Assembly (NCBI GenBank): GCA_964016885.1
Contig: OZ024741.1
Coordinates: forward strand, 405,108,001-405,172,000
DNA length: 64,000 nucleotides
Source of the DNA: Eledone cirrhosa
Lineage: Eukaryota
Reading direction: 5' to 3'
Shown piece after piece: positions 14,101 to 29,700 of the stretch (its first letter is position 1; each line of letters starts with the position of its first letter). The notes beneath the pieces were generated by a model that was not told where the DNA came from, did no database searches, and saw only the letters and a program-made list of their open reading frames with translations. Both the position numbers and the translations under genes were made by a program.

Positions 14101-17100
14101 ACAACTATTTTATAATTAATTTTTACAGCTTTTCACAACTATTTTATAATTAATTGTGACAACCTTCACAACTATTTTATAATTATTTGTGACAACCTTC
14201 ACAACTATTTTATAATTAATTTTTACAGATTTTCACAACTATTTTATAATTAATTGTGACAACCTTCACAACTATTTTATAATGAATTGTGACAACCTTC
14301 ACAACTATTTTATAATTAATTTTTACAGCTTTTCACAACTATTTTATAATTAATTGTGACAACCTTCACAACTATTTTATAATTAATTGTGACAACCTTC
14401 ACAACTATTTTATAATTAATTTTTACAGCTTTTCACAACTATTTTATAATTAATTGTGACAACCTTCACAACTATTTTATAATTAATTTTTACAGCTTTT
14501 CACAACTATTTTATAATGAATTGTGACAAACTTCACAACTATTTTATAATGAATTTTTACAGATTTTCACAACTATTTTATAATTAATTGTGACAACCTT
14601 CACAACTATTTTATAATTAATTGTGACAACCTTCACAACTATTTTATAATTAATTGTGACAACCTTCACAACTATTTTATAATTAATTTTTAAAGATTTT
14701 CACAACTATTTTATAATTAATTGTGACAACCTTCACAACTATTTTATAATTAATTGTGACAACCTTCACAACTATTTTATAATTAATTTTTACAGCTTTT
14801 CACAACTATTTTATAATTAATTGTGACAACCTTCACAACTATTTTATAATTAATTTTTACAGCATTTCACAACTATTTTATAATGAATTGTGACAACCTT
14901 CACAACTATTTTATAATTAATTTTTACAGCATTTCACAACTATTTTATAATTAATTGTGACAACCTTCACAACTATTTTATAATTAATTTTTTCAGCTTT
15001 TCACAACTATTTTATAATGAACTGTGACAACCTTCACAACTATTTTATAATGAATTGTGACAACCTTCACAACTATTTTATAATGAATTGTGACAACCTT
15101 CACAACTATTTTATAATTAATTTTTACAGCTTTTCACAACTATTTTATAATTAATTGTGACAACCTTCACAACTATTTTATAATTAATTGTGACAACCTT
15201 CACAACTATTTTATAATTAATTTTTACAGATTTTCACAACTATTTTATAATTAATTGTGACAACCTTCACAACTATTTTATAATGAATTGTGACAACCTT
15301 CACAAACTATTTTATAATTAATTTTTACAGATTTTCACAACTATTTTATAATTAATTGTGACAACCTTCACAACTATTTTATAATGAATTGTGACAACCT
15401 TCACAACTATTTTATAATTAATTTTTACAGCATTTCACAACTATTTTATAATTAATTGTGACAACCTTCACAACTATTTTATAATTAATTGTGACAACCT
15501 TCACAACTATTTTATAATTAATTGTTACAGATTTACACAACTATTTTATAATTAATTGTGACAACCTTCACAACTATTTTATAATGAATTGTGACAACCT
15601 TCACAACTATTTTATAATTAATTTTTACAGCTTTTCACAACTATTTTATAATTAATTGTGACAACCTTCACAACTATTTTATAATTAATTGTGACAACCT
15701 TCACAACTACTTTAGAATTAATTTTTACAGCTTTTCACAACTATTTTATAATTAATTGTGACAACCTTCACAACTATTTTATAATTAATTTTTACAGCTT
15801 TTCACAACTATTTTATAATGAATTGTGACAAACTTCACAACTATTTTATAATGAATTTTTACAGCTTTTCACAACTATTTTATAATTAATTGTGACAACC
15901 TTCACAACTATTTTATAATTAATTTTTTCAGCTTTTCACAACTATTTTATAATGAACTGTGACAACCTTCACAACTATTTTATAATTAATTTTTACAGCT
16001 TTTCACAACTATTTTATAATTAATTGTGACAACCTTCACAACTATTTTATAATGAATTGTGACAACCTTCACAACTATTTTATAATTAATTTTTACAGCT
16101 TTTCACAACTATTTTATAATTAATTGTGACAACCTTCACAACTATTTTATAATTAATTTTTACAGATTTTCACAACTATTTTATAATTAATTGTGACAAC
16201 CTTCACAACTATTTTATAATGAATTGTGACAACCTTCACAACTATTTTATAATTAATTTTTACAGCTTTTCACAACTATTTTATAATTAATTGTGACAAC
16301 CTTCACAACTATTTTATAATTAATTGTGACAACCTTCACAACTATTTTATAATTAATTTTTACAGCTTTTCACAACTATTTTATAATTAATTGTGACAAC
16401 CTTCACAACTATTTTATAATTAATTTTTACAGCTTTTCACAACTATTTTATAATGAATTGTGACAAACTTCACAACTATTTTATAATGAATTTTTACAGA
16501 TTTTCACAACTATTTTATAATTAATTGTGACAACCTTCACAACTATTTTATAATTAATTGTGACAACCTTCACAACTATTTTATAATTAATTGTGACAAC
16601 CTTCACAACTATTTTATAATTAATTTTTAAAGATTTTCACAACTATTTTATAATTAATTGTGACAACCTTCACAACTATTTTATAATTAATTGTGACAAC
16701 CTTCACAACTATTTTATAATTAATTTTTACAGCTTTTCACAACTATTTTATAATTAATTGTGACAACCTTCACAACTATTTTATAATTAATTTTTACAGC
16801 ATTTCACAACTATTTTATAATGAATTGTGACAACCTTCACAACTATTTTATAATTAATTTTTACAGCATTTCACAACTATTTTATAATTAATTGTGACAA
16901 CCTTCACAACTATTTTATAATTAATTTTTTCAGCTTTTCACAACTATTTTATAATGAACTGTGACAACCTTCACAACTATTTTATAATGAATTGTGACAA
17001 CCTTCACAACTATTTTATAATGAATTGTGACAACCTTCACAACTATTTTATAATTAATTTTTACAGCTTTTCACAACTATTTTATAATTAATTGTGACAA

Positions 17101-20100
17101 CCTTCACAACTATTTTATAATTAATTGTGACAACCTTCACAACTATTTTATAATTAATTTTTACAGATTTTCACAACTATTTTATAATTAATTGTGACAA
17201 CCTTCACAACTATTTTATAATGAATTGTGACAACCTTCACAAACTATTTTATAATTAATTTTTACAGATTTTCACAACTATTTTATAATTAATTGTGACA
17301 ACCTTCACAACTATTTTATAATGAATTGTGACAACCTTCACAACTATTTTATAATTAATTTTTACAGCATTTCACAACTATTTTATAATTAATTGTGACA
17401 ACCTTCACAACTATTTTATAATTAATTGTGACAACCTTCACAACTATTTTATAATTAATTGTTACAGATTTACACAACTATTTTATAATGAATTGTGACA
17501 ACATTCACAACTATTTTATAATGAATTGTGACAATCTTCACAACTATTTTATAATTAATTGTGACAACCTTCACAACTATTTTACAATTAATTGTGACAA
17601 CCTTCACAACTATTTTATAATGAATTGTGACAACCTTCACAACTATTTTATAATTAATTGTGACAACCTTCACAACTATTTTATAATGAATTGTGACAAC
17701 ATTCACAACTATTTTATAGTTAATTTTTTCAGCTTTTCACAACTATTTTATAATGAATTGTGACAACCTTCACAACTTTTTAATAATGAATTGTGACAAC
17801 CTTCACAATTATTTTATAATTAATTGTGACAACCTTCACAACTACTTTATAAATAATTTTTACAGCTTTTCACAACTATTTTATAATTAATTGTGACAAC
17901 CTTCACAACTATTTTATAATTAATTGTGACAACCTTCACAACTATTTTATAATTAATTTTTAAAGATTTTCACAACTATTTTATAATTAATTGTGACAAC
18001 CTTCACAACTATTTTATAATTAATTGTGACAACCTTCACAACTATTTTATAATTAATTTTTACAGCTTTTCACAACTATTTTATAATTAATTGTGACAAC
18101 CTTCACAACTATTTTATAATTAATTTTTACAGCATTTCACAACTATTTTATAATGAATTGTGACAACCTTCACAACTATTTTATAATTAATTTTTACAGC
18201 ATTTCACAACTATTTTATAATTAATTGTGACAAACTTCACAACTATTTTATAATTAATTTTTTCAGCTTTTCACAACTATTTTATAATGAACTGTGACAA
18301 CCTTCACAACTATTTTATAATGAATTGTGACAACCTTCACAACTATTTTATAATGAATTGTGACAACCTTCACAACTATTTTATAATTAATTTTTACAGC
18401 TTTTCACAACTATTTTATAATTAATTGTGACAACCTTCACAACTATTTTATAATTAATTGTGACAACCTTCACAACTATTTTATAATTAATTTTTACAGA
18501 TTTTCACAACTATTTTATAATTAATTGTGACAACCTTCACAACTATTTTATAATGAATTGTGACAACCTTCACAAACTATTTTATAATTAATTTTTACAG
18601 ATTTTCACAACTATTTTATAATTAATTGTGACAACCTTCACAACTATTTTATAATGAATTGTGACAACCTTCACAACTATTTTATAATTAATTTTTACAG
18701 CTTTTCACAACTATTTTATAATTAATTGTGACAACCTTCACAACTATTTTATAATTTATTGTGACAACCTTCACAACTATTTTATAATTAATTGTTACAG
18801 ATTTACACAACTATTTTATAATGAATTGTGACAACCTTCACAACTATTTTATAATGAATTGTGACAACCTTCACAACTATTTTATAATTAATTTTTACAG
18901 CTTTTCACAACTATTTTATAATTAATTGTGACAACCTTCACAACTATTTTATAATTAATTGTGACAACCTTCACAACTACTTTAGAATTAATTTTTACAG
19001 CTTTTCACAACTATTTTATAATTAATTGTGACAACCTTCACAACTACTTTAGAATTAATTTTTACAGCTTTTCACAACTATTTTATAATTAATTGTGACA
19101 ACCTTCACAACTATTTTATAATGAATTGTGACAACCTTCGCAACTATTTTATAATGAATTGTGACAACCTTCACAACTATTTTATAATGAATTGTGACAA
19201 CATTCACAACTATTTTATAATTAATTTTTTCAGATTTTCACAACTATTTTATAATGAATTGTGACAACCTTCACAACTATTTTATAATGAATTGTGACAA
19301 CCTTCACAACTATTTTATAATGAATTGTGACAACATTCACAACTATTTTATAATTAATTGTGACAACCTTCACAACTACTTTATAATTAATTTTTACAGC
19401 TTTTCACAACTATTTTATAATTAATTGTGACAACCTTCACAACTATTTTATAATTAATTGTGACAACCTTCACAACTATTTTATAATTAATTTTTAAAGA
19501 TTTTCAAAACTATTTTATAATTAATTGTGACAACCTTCACAACTATTTTATAATTAATTGTGTCAACCTTCACAACTATGTTATAATTAATTTTTACAGC
19601 TTTTCACAACTATTTTATAATTAATTGTGACAACCTTCACAACTATTTTATAATTAATTTTTACAGCATTTCACAACTATTTTATAATGAATTGTGACAA
19701 CCTTCACAACTATTTTATAATTAATTTTTACAGCTTTTCACAACTATTTTATAATTAATTGTGACAACCTTCACAACTATTTTATAATTAATTTTTTCAG
19801 CTTTTCACAACTATTTTATAATGAACTGTGACAACCTTCACAAATATTTCATAATGAATTGTGTCAACCTTCACAACTATTTTATAATGAATTGTGACAA
19901 CCTTCACAACTATTTTATAATTAATTTTTACAGCTTTTCACAACTATTTTATAATTAATTGTGACAACCTTCACAACTATTTTATAATTAATTGTGACAA
20001 CCTTCACAACTATTTTATAATTAATTTTTACAGCTTTTCACAACTATTTTATAATGAACTGTGACAACCTTCACAAACTATTTTATAATTAATTTTTACA

Positions 20101-23100
20101 GATTTTCACAACTATTTTATAATTAATTGTGACAACCTTCACAACTATTTTATAATGAATTATGACAACATTCACAACTATTTTATAATTAATTTTTACA
20201 GCTTTTCACAACTATTTTATAATTAATTGTGACAACCTTCACAACTATTTTATAATTAATTGTGACAACCTTCACAACTATTTTATAATTAATTTTTACA
20301 GATTTTCACAACTATTTTATAATTAATTGTGACAACCTTCACAACTATTTTATAATGAATTGTGACAACCTTCACAACTATTTTATAATTAATTTTTACA
20401 GCTTTTCACAACTATTTTATAATTAATTGTGACAACCTTCACAACTATTTTATAATTAATTGTGACAACCTTCACAACTATTTTATAATTAATTTTTACA
20501 GATTTTCACAACTATTTTATAATTAATTGTGACAACCTTCACAACTATTTTATAATGAATTGTGACAACCTTCACAACTATTTTATAATTAATTTTTACA
20601 GCTTTTCACAACTATTTTATAATTAATTGTGACAACCTTCACAACTATTTTATAATTAATTGTGACAACCTTCACAACTATTTTATAATTAATTTTTACA
20701 GCTTTTCACAACTATTTTATAATTAATTGTGACAACCTTCACAACTATTTTATAATTAATTTTTACAGCTTTTCACAACTATTTTATAATGAATTGTGAC
20801 AAACTTCACAACTATTTTATAATGAATTTTTACAGATTTTCACAACTATTTTATAATTAATTGTGACAACCTTCACAACTATTTTATAATTAATTGTGAC
20901 AACCTTCACAACTATTTTATAATTAATTGTGACAACCTTCACAACTATTTTATAATTAATTTTTAAAGATTTTCACAACTATTTTATAATTAATTGTGAC
21001 AACCTTCACAACTATTTTATAATTAATTGTGACAACCTTCACAACTATTTTATAATTAATTTTTACAGCTTTTCACAACTATTTTATAATTAATTGTGAC
21101 AACCTTCACAACTATTTTATAATTAATTTTTACAGCATTTCACAACTATTTTATAATGAATTGTGACAACCTTCACAACTATTTTATAATTAATTTTTAC
21201 AGCATTTCACAACTATTTTATAATTAATTGTGACAACCTTCACAACTATTTTATAATTAATTTTTTCAGCTTTTCACAACTATTTTATAATGAACTGTGA
21301 CAACCTTCACAACTATTTTATAATGAATTGTGACAACCTTCACAACTATTTTATAATGAATTGTGACAACCTTCACAACTATTTTATAATTAATTTTTAC
21401 AGCTTTTCACAACTATTTTATAATTAATTGTGACAACCTTCACAACTATTTTATAATTAATTGTGACAACCTTCACAACTATTTTATAATTAATTTTTAC
21501 AGATTTTCACAACTATTTTATAATTAATTGTGACAACCTTCACAACTATTTTATAATGAATTGTGACAACCTTCACAAACTATTTTATAATTAATTTTTA
21601 CAGATTTTCACAACTATTTTATAATTAATTGTGACAACCTTCACAACTATTTTATAATGAATTGTGACAACCTTCACAACTATTTTATAATTAATTTTTA
21701 CAGCATTTCACAACTATTTTATAATTAATTGTGACAACCTTCACAACTATTTTATAATTAATTGTGACAACCTTCACAACTATTTTATAATTAATTGTTA
21801 CAGATTTACACAACTATTTTATAATTAATTGTGACAACCTTCACAACTATTTTATAATGAATTGTGACAACCTTCACAACTATTTTATAATTAATTTTTA
21901 CAGCTTTTCACAACTATTTTATAATTAATTGTGACAACCTTCACAACTATTTTATAATTAATTGTGACAACCTTCACAACTACTTTAGAATTAATTTTTA
22001 CAGCTTTTCACAACTATTTTATAATTAATTGTGACAACCTTCACAACTATTTTATAATTAATTTTTACAGCTTTTCACAACTATTTTATAATGAATTGTG
22101 ACAAACTTCACAACTATTTTATAATGAATTTTTACAGCTTTTCACAACTATTTTATAATTAATTGTGACAACCTTCACAACTATTTTATAATTAATTTTT
22201 TCAGCTTTTCACAACTATTTTATAATGAACTGTGACAACCTTCACAACTATTTTATAATTAATTTTTACAGCTTTTCACAACTATTTTATAATTAATTGT
22301 GACAACCTTCACAACTATTTTATAATGAATTGTGACAACCTTCACAACTATTTTATAATTAATTTTTACAGCTTTTCACAACTATTTTATAATTAATTGT
22401 GACAACCTTCACAACTATTTTATAATTAATTTTTACAGATTTTCACAACTATTTTATAATTAATTGTGACAACCTTCACAACTATTTTATAATGAATTGT
22501 GACAACCTTCACAACTATTTTATAATTAATTTTTACAGCTTTTCACAACTATTTTATAATTAATTGTGACAACCTTCACAACTATTTTATAATTAATTGT
22601 GACAACCTTCACAACTATTTTATAATTAATTTTTACAGCTTTTCACAACTATTTTATAATTAATTGTGACAACCTTCACAACTATTTTATAATTAATTTT
22701 TACAGCTTTTCACAACTATTTTATAATGAATTGTGACAAACTTCACAACTATTTTATAATGAATTTTTACAGATTTTCACAACTATTTTATAATTAATTG
22801 TGACAACCTTCACAACTATTTTATAATTAATTGTGACAACCTTCACAACTATTTTATAATTAATTGTGACAACCTTCACAACTATTTTATAATTAATTTT
22901 TAAAGATTTTCACAACTATTTTATAATTAATTGTGACAACCTTCACAACTATTTTATAATTAATTGTGACAACCTTCACAACTATTTTATAATTAATTTT
23001 TACAGCTTTTCACAACTATTTTATAATTAATTGTGACAACCTTCACAACTATTTTATAATTAATTTTTACAGCATTTCACAACTATTTTATAATGAATTG

Positions 23101-23750
23101 TGACAACCTTCACAACTATTTTATAATTAATTTTTACAGCATTTCACAACTATTTTATAATTAATTGTGACAACCTTCACAACTATTTTATAATTAATTT
23201 TTTCAGCTTTTCACAACTATTTTATAATGAACTGTGACAACCTTCACAACTATTTTATAATGAATTGTGACAACCTTCACAACTATTTTATAATGAATTG
23301 TGACAACCTTCACAACTATTTTATAATTAATTTTTACAGCTTTTCACAACTATTTTATAATTAATTGTGACAACCTTCACAACTATTTTATAATTAATTG
23401 TGACAACCTTCACAACTATTTTATAATTAATTTTTACAGATTTTCACAACTATTTTATAATTAATTGTGACAACCTTCACAACTATTTTATAATGAATTG
23501 TGACAACCTTCACAAACTATTTTATAATTAATTTTTACAGATTTTCACAACTATTTTATAATTAATTGTGACAACCTTCACAACTATTTTATAATGAATT
23601 GTGACAACCTTCACAACTATTTTATAATTAATTTTTACAGCATTTCACAACTATTTTATAATTAATTGTGACAACCTTCACAACTATTTTATAATTAATT
23701 GTGACAACCTTCACAACTATTTTATAATTAATTGTTACAGATTTACACAA
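11137..23750. repeat. Tandem duplication with a unit of about 6.3 kb (junction near 17475)
   Basis: Offset 6339 for identical ORF-track translations (11149/17488, 12689/19028) and for the marker gttacagatttacac (12455/18794). Offset 6273 later (15524/21797, 17461/23734), after a two-monomer indel near 13740-13800 versus 20070. Confidence 0.9.
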
Positions 23751-26700
23751 CTATTTTATAATTAATTGTGACAACCTTCACAACTATTTTATAATGAATT
23801 GTGACAACCTTCACAACTATTTTATAATTAATTTTTACAGCTTTTCACAACTATTTTATAATTAATTGTGACAACCTTCACAACTATTTTATAATTAATT
23901 GTGACAACCTTCACAACTACTTTAGAATTAATTTTTACAGCTTTTCACAACTATTTTATAATTAATTGTGACAACCTTCACAACTATTTTATAATTAATT
24001 TTTACAGCTTTTCACAACTATTTTATAATGAATTGTGACAAACTTCACAACTATTTTATAATGAATTTTTACAGCTTTTCACAACTATTTTATAATTAAT
24101 TGTGACAACCTTCACAACTATTTTATAATTAATTGTGACAACCTTCACAACTATTTTATAATTAATTTTTACAGCTTTTCACAACTATTTTATAATTAAT
24201 TGTGACAACCTTCACAACTATTTTATAATTAATTTTTACAGCATTTCACAACTATTTTATAATTAATTGTGACAACCTTCACAACTATTTTATAATTAAT
24301 TTTTTCAGCTTTTCACAACTATTTTATAATGAACTGTGACAACCTTCACAACTATTTTATAATGAATTGTGACAACCTTCACAACTATTTTATAATGAAT
24401 TGTGACAACCTTCACAACTATTTTATAATTAATTTTTACAGCTTTTCACAACTATTTTATAATTAATTGTGACAACCTTCACAACTATTTTATAATTAAT
24501 TGTGACAACCTTCACAACTATTTTATAATTAATTTTTACAGATTTTCACAACTATTTTATAATTAATTGTGACAACCTTCACAACTATTTTATAATGAAT
24601 TGTGACAACCTTCACAAACTATTTTATAATTAATTTTTACAGATTTTCACAACTATTTTATAATTAATTGTGACAACCTTCACAACTATTTTATAATGAA
24701 TTGTGACAACCTTCACAACTATTTTATAATTAATTTTTACAGCATTTCACAACTATTTTATAATTAATTGTGACAACCTTCACAACTATTTTATAATTAA
24801 TTGTGACAACCTTCACAACTATTTTATAATTAATTGTTACAGATTTACACAACTATTTTATAATGAATTGTGACAACCTTCACAACTATTTTATAATGAA
24901 TTGTGACAACCTTCACAACTATTTTATAATTAATTTTTACAGCTTTTCACAACTATTTTATAATTAATTGTGACAACCTTCACAACTATTTTATAATTAA
25001 TTGTGACAACCTTCACAACTACTTTAGAATTAATTTTTACAGCTTTTCACAACTATTTTATAATTAATTGTGACAACCTTCACAACTATTTTATAATTAA
25101 TTTTTACAGCTTTTCACAACTATTTTATAATGAATTGTGACAAACTTCACAACTATTTTATAATGAATTTTTACAGCTTTTCACAACTATTTTATAATTA
25201 ATTGTGACAACCTTCACAACTATTTTATAATTAATTGTGACAACCTTCACAACTATTTTATAATTAATTTTTACAGCTTTTCACAACTATTTTATAATGA
25301 ACTGTGACAACCTTCACAAACTATTTTATAATTAATTTTTACAGATTTTCACAACTATTTTATAATTAATTGTGACAACCTTCACAACTATTTTATAATG
25401 AATTATGACAACCTTCACAACTATTTTATAATAAATTTTTACAGATTTTCACAACTATTTTATGATTAATTGTGACAACCTTCACAACTATTTTATAATG
25501 AATTGTGACAACCTTCACAAACTATTTTATAATTAATCTTTACAGATTTTCACAACTATTTTATAATTAATTGTGACAACCTTCACAACTATTTTATAAT
25601 GAATTGTGACAACCTTCACAACTATTTTATAATTAATTTTTACAGCATTTCACAACTATTTTATAATTAATTGTGACAACCTTCACAACTATTTTATAAT
25701 TAATTGTGACAACCTTCACAACTATTTTATAATTAATTGTTACAGATTTACACAACTATTTTATAATTAATTGTGACAACCTTCACAACTATTTTATAAT
25801 GAATTGTGACAACCTTCACAACTATTTTATAATTAATTTTTACAGCTTTTCACAACTATTTTATAATTAATTGTGACAACCTTCACAACTATTTTATAAT
25901 TAATTGTGACAACATTCACAACTACTTTAGAATTAATTTTTACAGCTTTTCACAACTATTTTATAATTAATTGTGACAACCTTCACAACTATTTTATAAT
26001 TAATTTTTACAGCTTTTCACAACTATTTTATAATGAATTGTGACAAACTTCACAACTATTTTATAATGAATTTTTACAGCTTTTCACAACTATTTTATAA
26101 TTAATTGTGACAACCTTCACAACTATTTTATAATTAATTTTTTCAGCTTTTCACAACTATTTTATAATGAACTGTGACAACCTTCACAACTATTTTATAA
26201 TTAATTTTTACAGCTTTTCACAACTATTTTATAATTAATTGTGACAACCTTCACAACTATTTTATAATGAATTGTGACAACCTTCACAACTATTTTATAA
26301 TTAATTTTTACAGCTTTTCACAACTATTTTATAATTAATTGTGACAACCTTCACAACTATTTTATAATTAATTGTGACAACCTTCACAACTATTTTATAA
26401 TTAATTTTTACAGATTTTCACAACTATTTTATAATTAATTGTGACAACCTTCACAACTATTTTATAATGAATTGTGACAACCTTCACAACTATTTTATAA
26501 TTAATTTTTACAGCTTTTCACAACTATTTTATAATTAATTGTGACAACCTTCACAACTATTTTATAATTAATTGTGACAACCTTCACAACTATTTTATAA
26601 TTAATTTTTACAGCTTTTCACAACTATTTTATAATTAATTGTGACAACCTTCACAACTATTTTATAATTAATTTTTACAGCTTTTCACAACTATTTTATA

Positions 26701-29700
26701 ATGAATTGTGACAAACTTCACAACTATTTTATAATGAATTTTTACAGATTTTCACAACTATTTTATAATTAATTGTGACAACCTTCACAACTATTTTATA
26801 ATTAATTGTGACAACCTTCACAACTATTTTATAATTAATTGTGACAACCTTCACAACTATTTTATAATTAATTTTTAAAGATTTTCACAACTATTTTATA
26901 ATTAATTGTGACAACCTTCACAACTATTTTATAATTAATTGTGACAACCTTCACAACTATTTTATAATTAATTTTTACAGCTTTTCACAACTATTTTATA
27001 ATTAATTGTGACAACCTTCACAACTATTTTATAATTAATTTTTACAGCATTTCACAACTATTTTATAATGAATTGTGACAACCTTCACAACTATTTTATA
27101 ATTAATTTTTACAGCATTTCACAACTATTTTATAATTAATTGTGACAACCTTCACAACTATTTTATAATTAATTTTTTCAGCTTTTCACAACTATTTTAT
27201 AATGAACTGTGACAACCTTCACAACTATTTTATAATGAATTGTGACAACCTTCACAACTATTTTATAATGAATTGTGACAACCTTCACAACTATTTTATA
27301 ATTAATTTTTACAGCTTTTCACAACTATTTTATAATTAATTGTGACAACCTTCACAACTATTTTATAATTAATTGTGACAACCTTCACAACTATTTTATA
27401 ATTAATTTTTACAGATTTTCACAACTATTTTATAATTAATTGTGACAACCTTCACAACTATTTTATAATGAATTGTGACAACCTTCACAAACTATTTTAT
27501 AATTAATTTTTACAGATTTTCACAACTATTTTATAATTAATTGTGACAACCTTCACAACTATTTTATAATGAATTGTGACAACCTTCACAACTATTTTAT
27601 AATTAATTTTTACAGCATTTCACAACTATTTTATAATTAATTGTGACAACCTTCACAACTATTTTATAATTAATTGTGACAACCTTCACAACTATTTTAT
27701 AATTAATTGTTACAGATTTACACAACTATTTTATAATTAATTGTGACAACCTTCACAACTATTTTATAATGAATTGTGACAACCTTCACAACTATTTTAT
27801 AATTAATTTTTACAGCTTTTCACAACTATTTTATAATTAATTGTGACAACCTTCACAACTATTTTATAATTAATTGTGACAACCTTCACAACTACTTTAG
27901 AATTAATTTTTACAGCTTTTCACAACTATTTTATAATTAATTGTGACAACCTTCACAACTATTTTATAATTAATTTTTACAGCTTTTCACAACTATTTTA
28001 TAATGAATTGTGACAAACTTCACAACTATTTTATAATGAATTTTTACAGCTTTTCACAACTATTTTATAATTAATTGTGACAACCTTCACAACTATTTTA
28101 TAATTAATTGTGACAACCTTCACAACTATTTTATAATTAATTTTTACAGCTTTTCACAACTATTTTATAATTAATTGTGACAACCTTCACAACTATTTTA
28201 TAATTAATTTTTACAGCATTTCACAACTATTTTATAATGAATTGTGACAACCTTCACAACTATTTTATAATTAATTTTTACAGCATTTCACAACTATTTT
28301 ATAATTAATTGTGACAACCTTCACAACTATTTTATAATTAATTTTTTCAGCTTTTCACAACTATTTTATAATGAACTGTGACAACCTTCACAACTATTTT
28401 ATAATGAATTGTGACAACCTTCACAACTATTTTATAATGAATTGTGACAACCTTCACAACTATTTTATAATTAATTTTTACAGCTTTTCACAACTATTTT
28501 ATAATTAATTGTGACAACCTTCACAACTATTTTATAATTAATTGTGACAACCTTCACAACTATTTTATAATTAATTTTTACAGATTTTCACAACTATTTT
28601 ATAATTAATTGTGACAACCTTCACAACTATTTTATAATGAATTGTGACAACCTTCACAAACTATTTTATAATTAATTTTTACAGATTTTCACAACTATTT
28701 TATAATTAATTGTGACAACCTTCACAACTATTTTATAATGAATTGTGACAACCTTCACAACTATTTTATAATTAATTTTTACAGCATTTCACAACTATTT
28801 TATAATTAATTGTGACAACCTTCACAACTATTTTATAATTAATTGTGACAACCTTCACAACTATTTTATAATTAATTGTTACAGATTTACACAACTATTT
28901 TATAATTAATTGTGACAACCTTCACAACTATTTTATAATGAATTGTGACAACCTTCACAACTATTTTATAATTAATTTTTACAGCTTTTCACAACTATTT
29001 TATAATTAATTGTGACAACCTTCACAACTATTTTATAATTAATTGTGACAACCTTCACAACTACTTTAGAATTAATTTTTACAGCTTTTCACAACTATTT
29101 TATAATTAATTGTGACAACCTTCACAACTATTTTATAATTAATTTTTACAGCTTTTCACAACTATTTTATAATGAATTGTGACAAACTTCACAACTATTT
29201 TATAATGAATTTTTACAGCTTTTCACAACTATTTTATAATGAATTGTGACAACCTTCACAACTATTTTATAATTAATTTTTACAGCTTTTCACAACTATT
29301 TTATAATTAATTGTGACAACCTTCACAACTATTTTATAATTAATTGTGACAACCTTCACAACTATTTTATAATTAATTTTTACAGATTTTCACAACTATT
29401 TTATAATTAATTGTGACAACCTTCACAACTATTTTACAATGAATTGTGACAACCTTCACAACTATTTTATAATTAATTTTTACAGCTTTTCACAACTATT
29501 TTATAATTAATTGTGACAACCTTCACAACTATTTTATAATTAATTGTGACAACCTTCACAACTATTTTATAATTAATTTTTACAGCTTTTCACAACTATT
29601 TTATAATTAATTGTGACAACCTTCACAACTATTTTATAATTAATTTTTACAGCTTTTCACAACTATTTTATAATGAATTGTGACAAACTTCACAACTATT

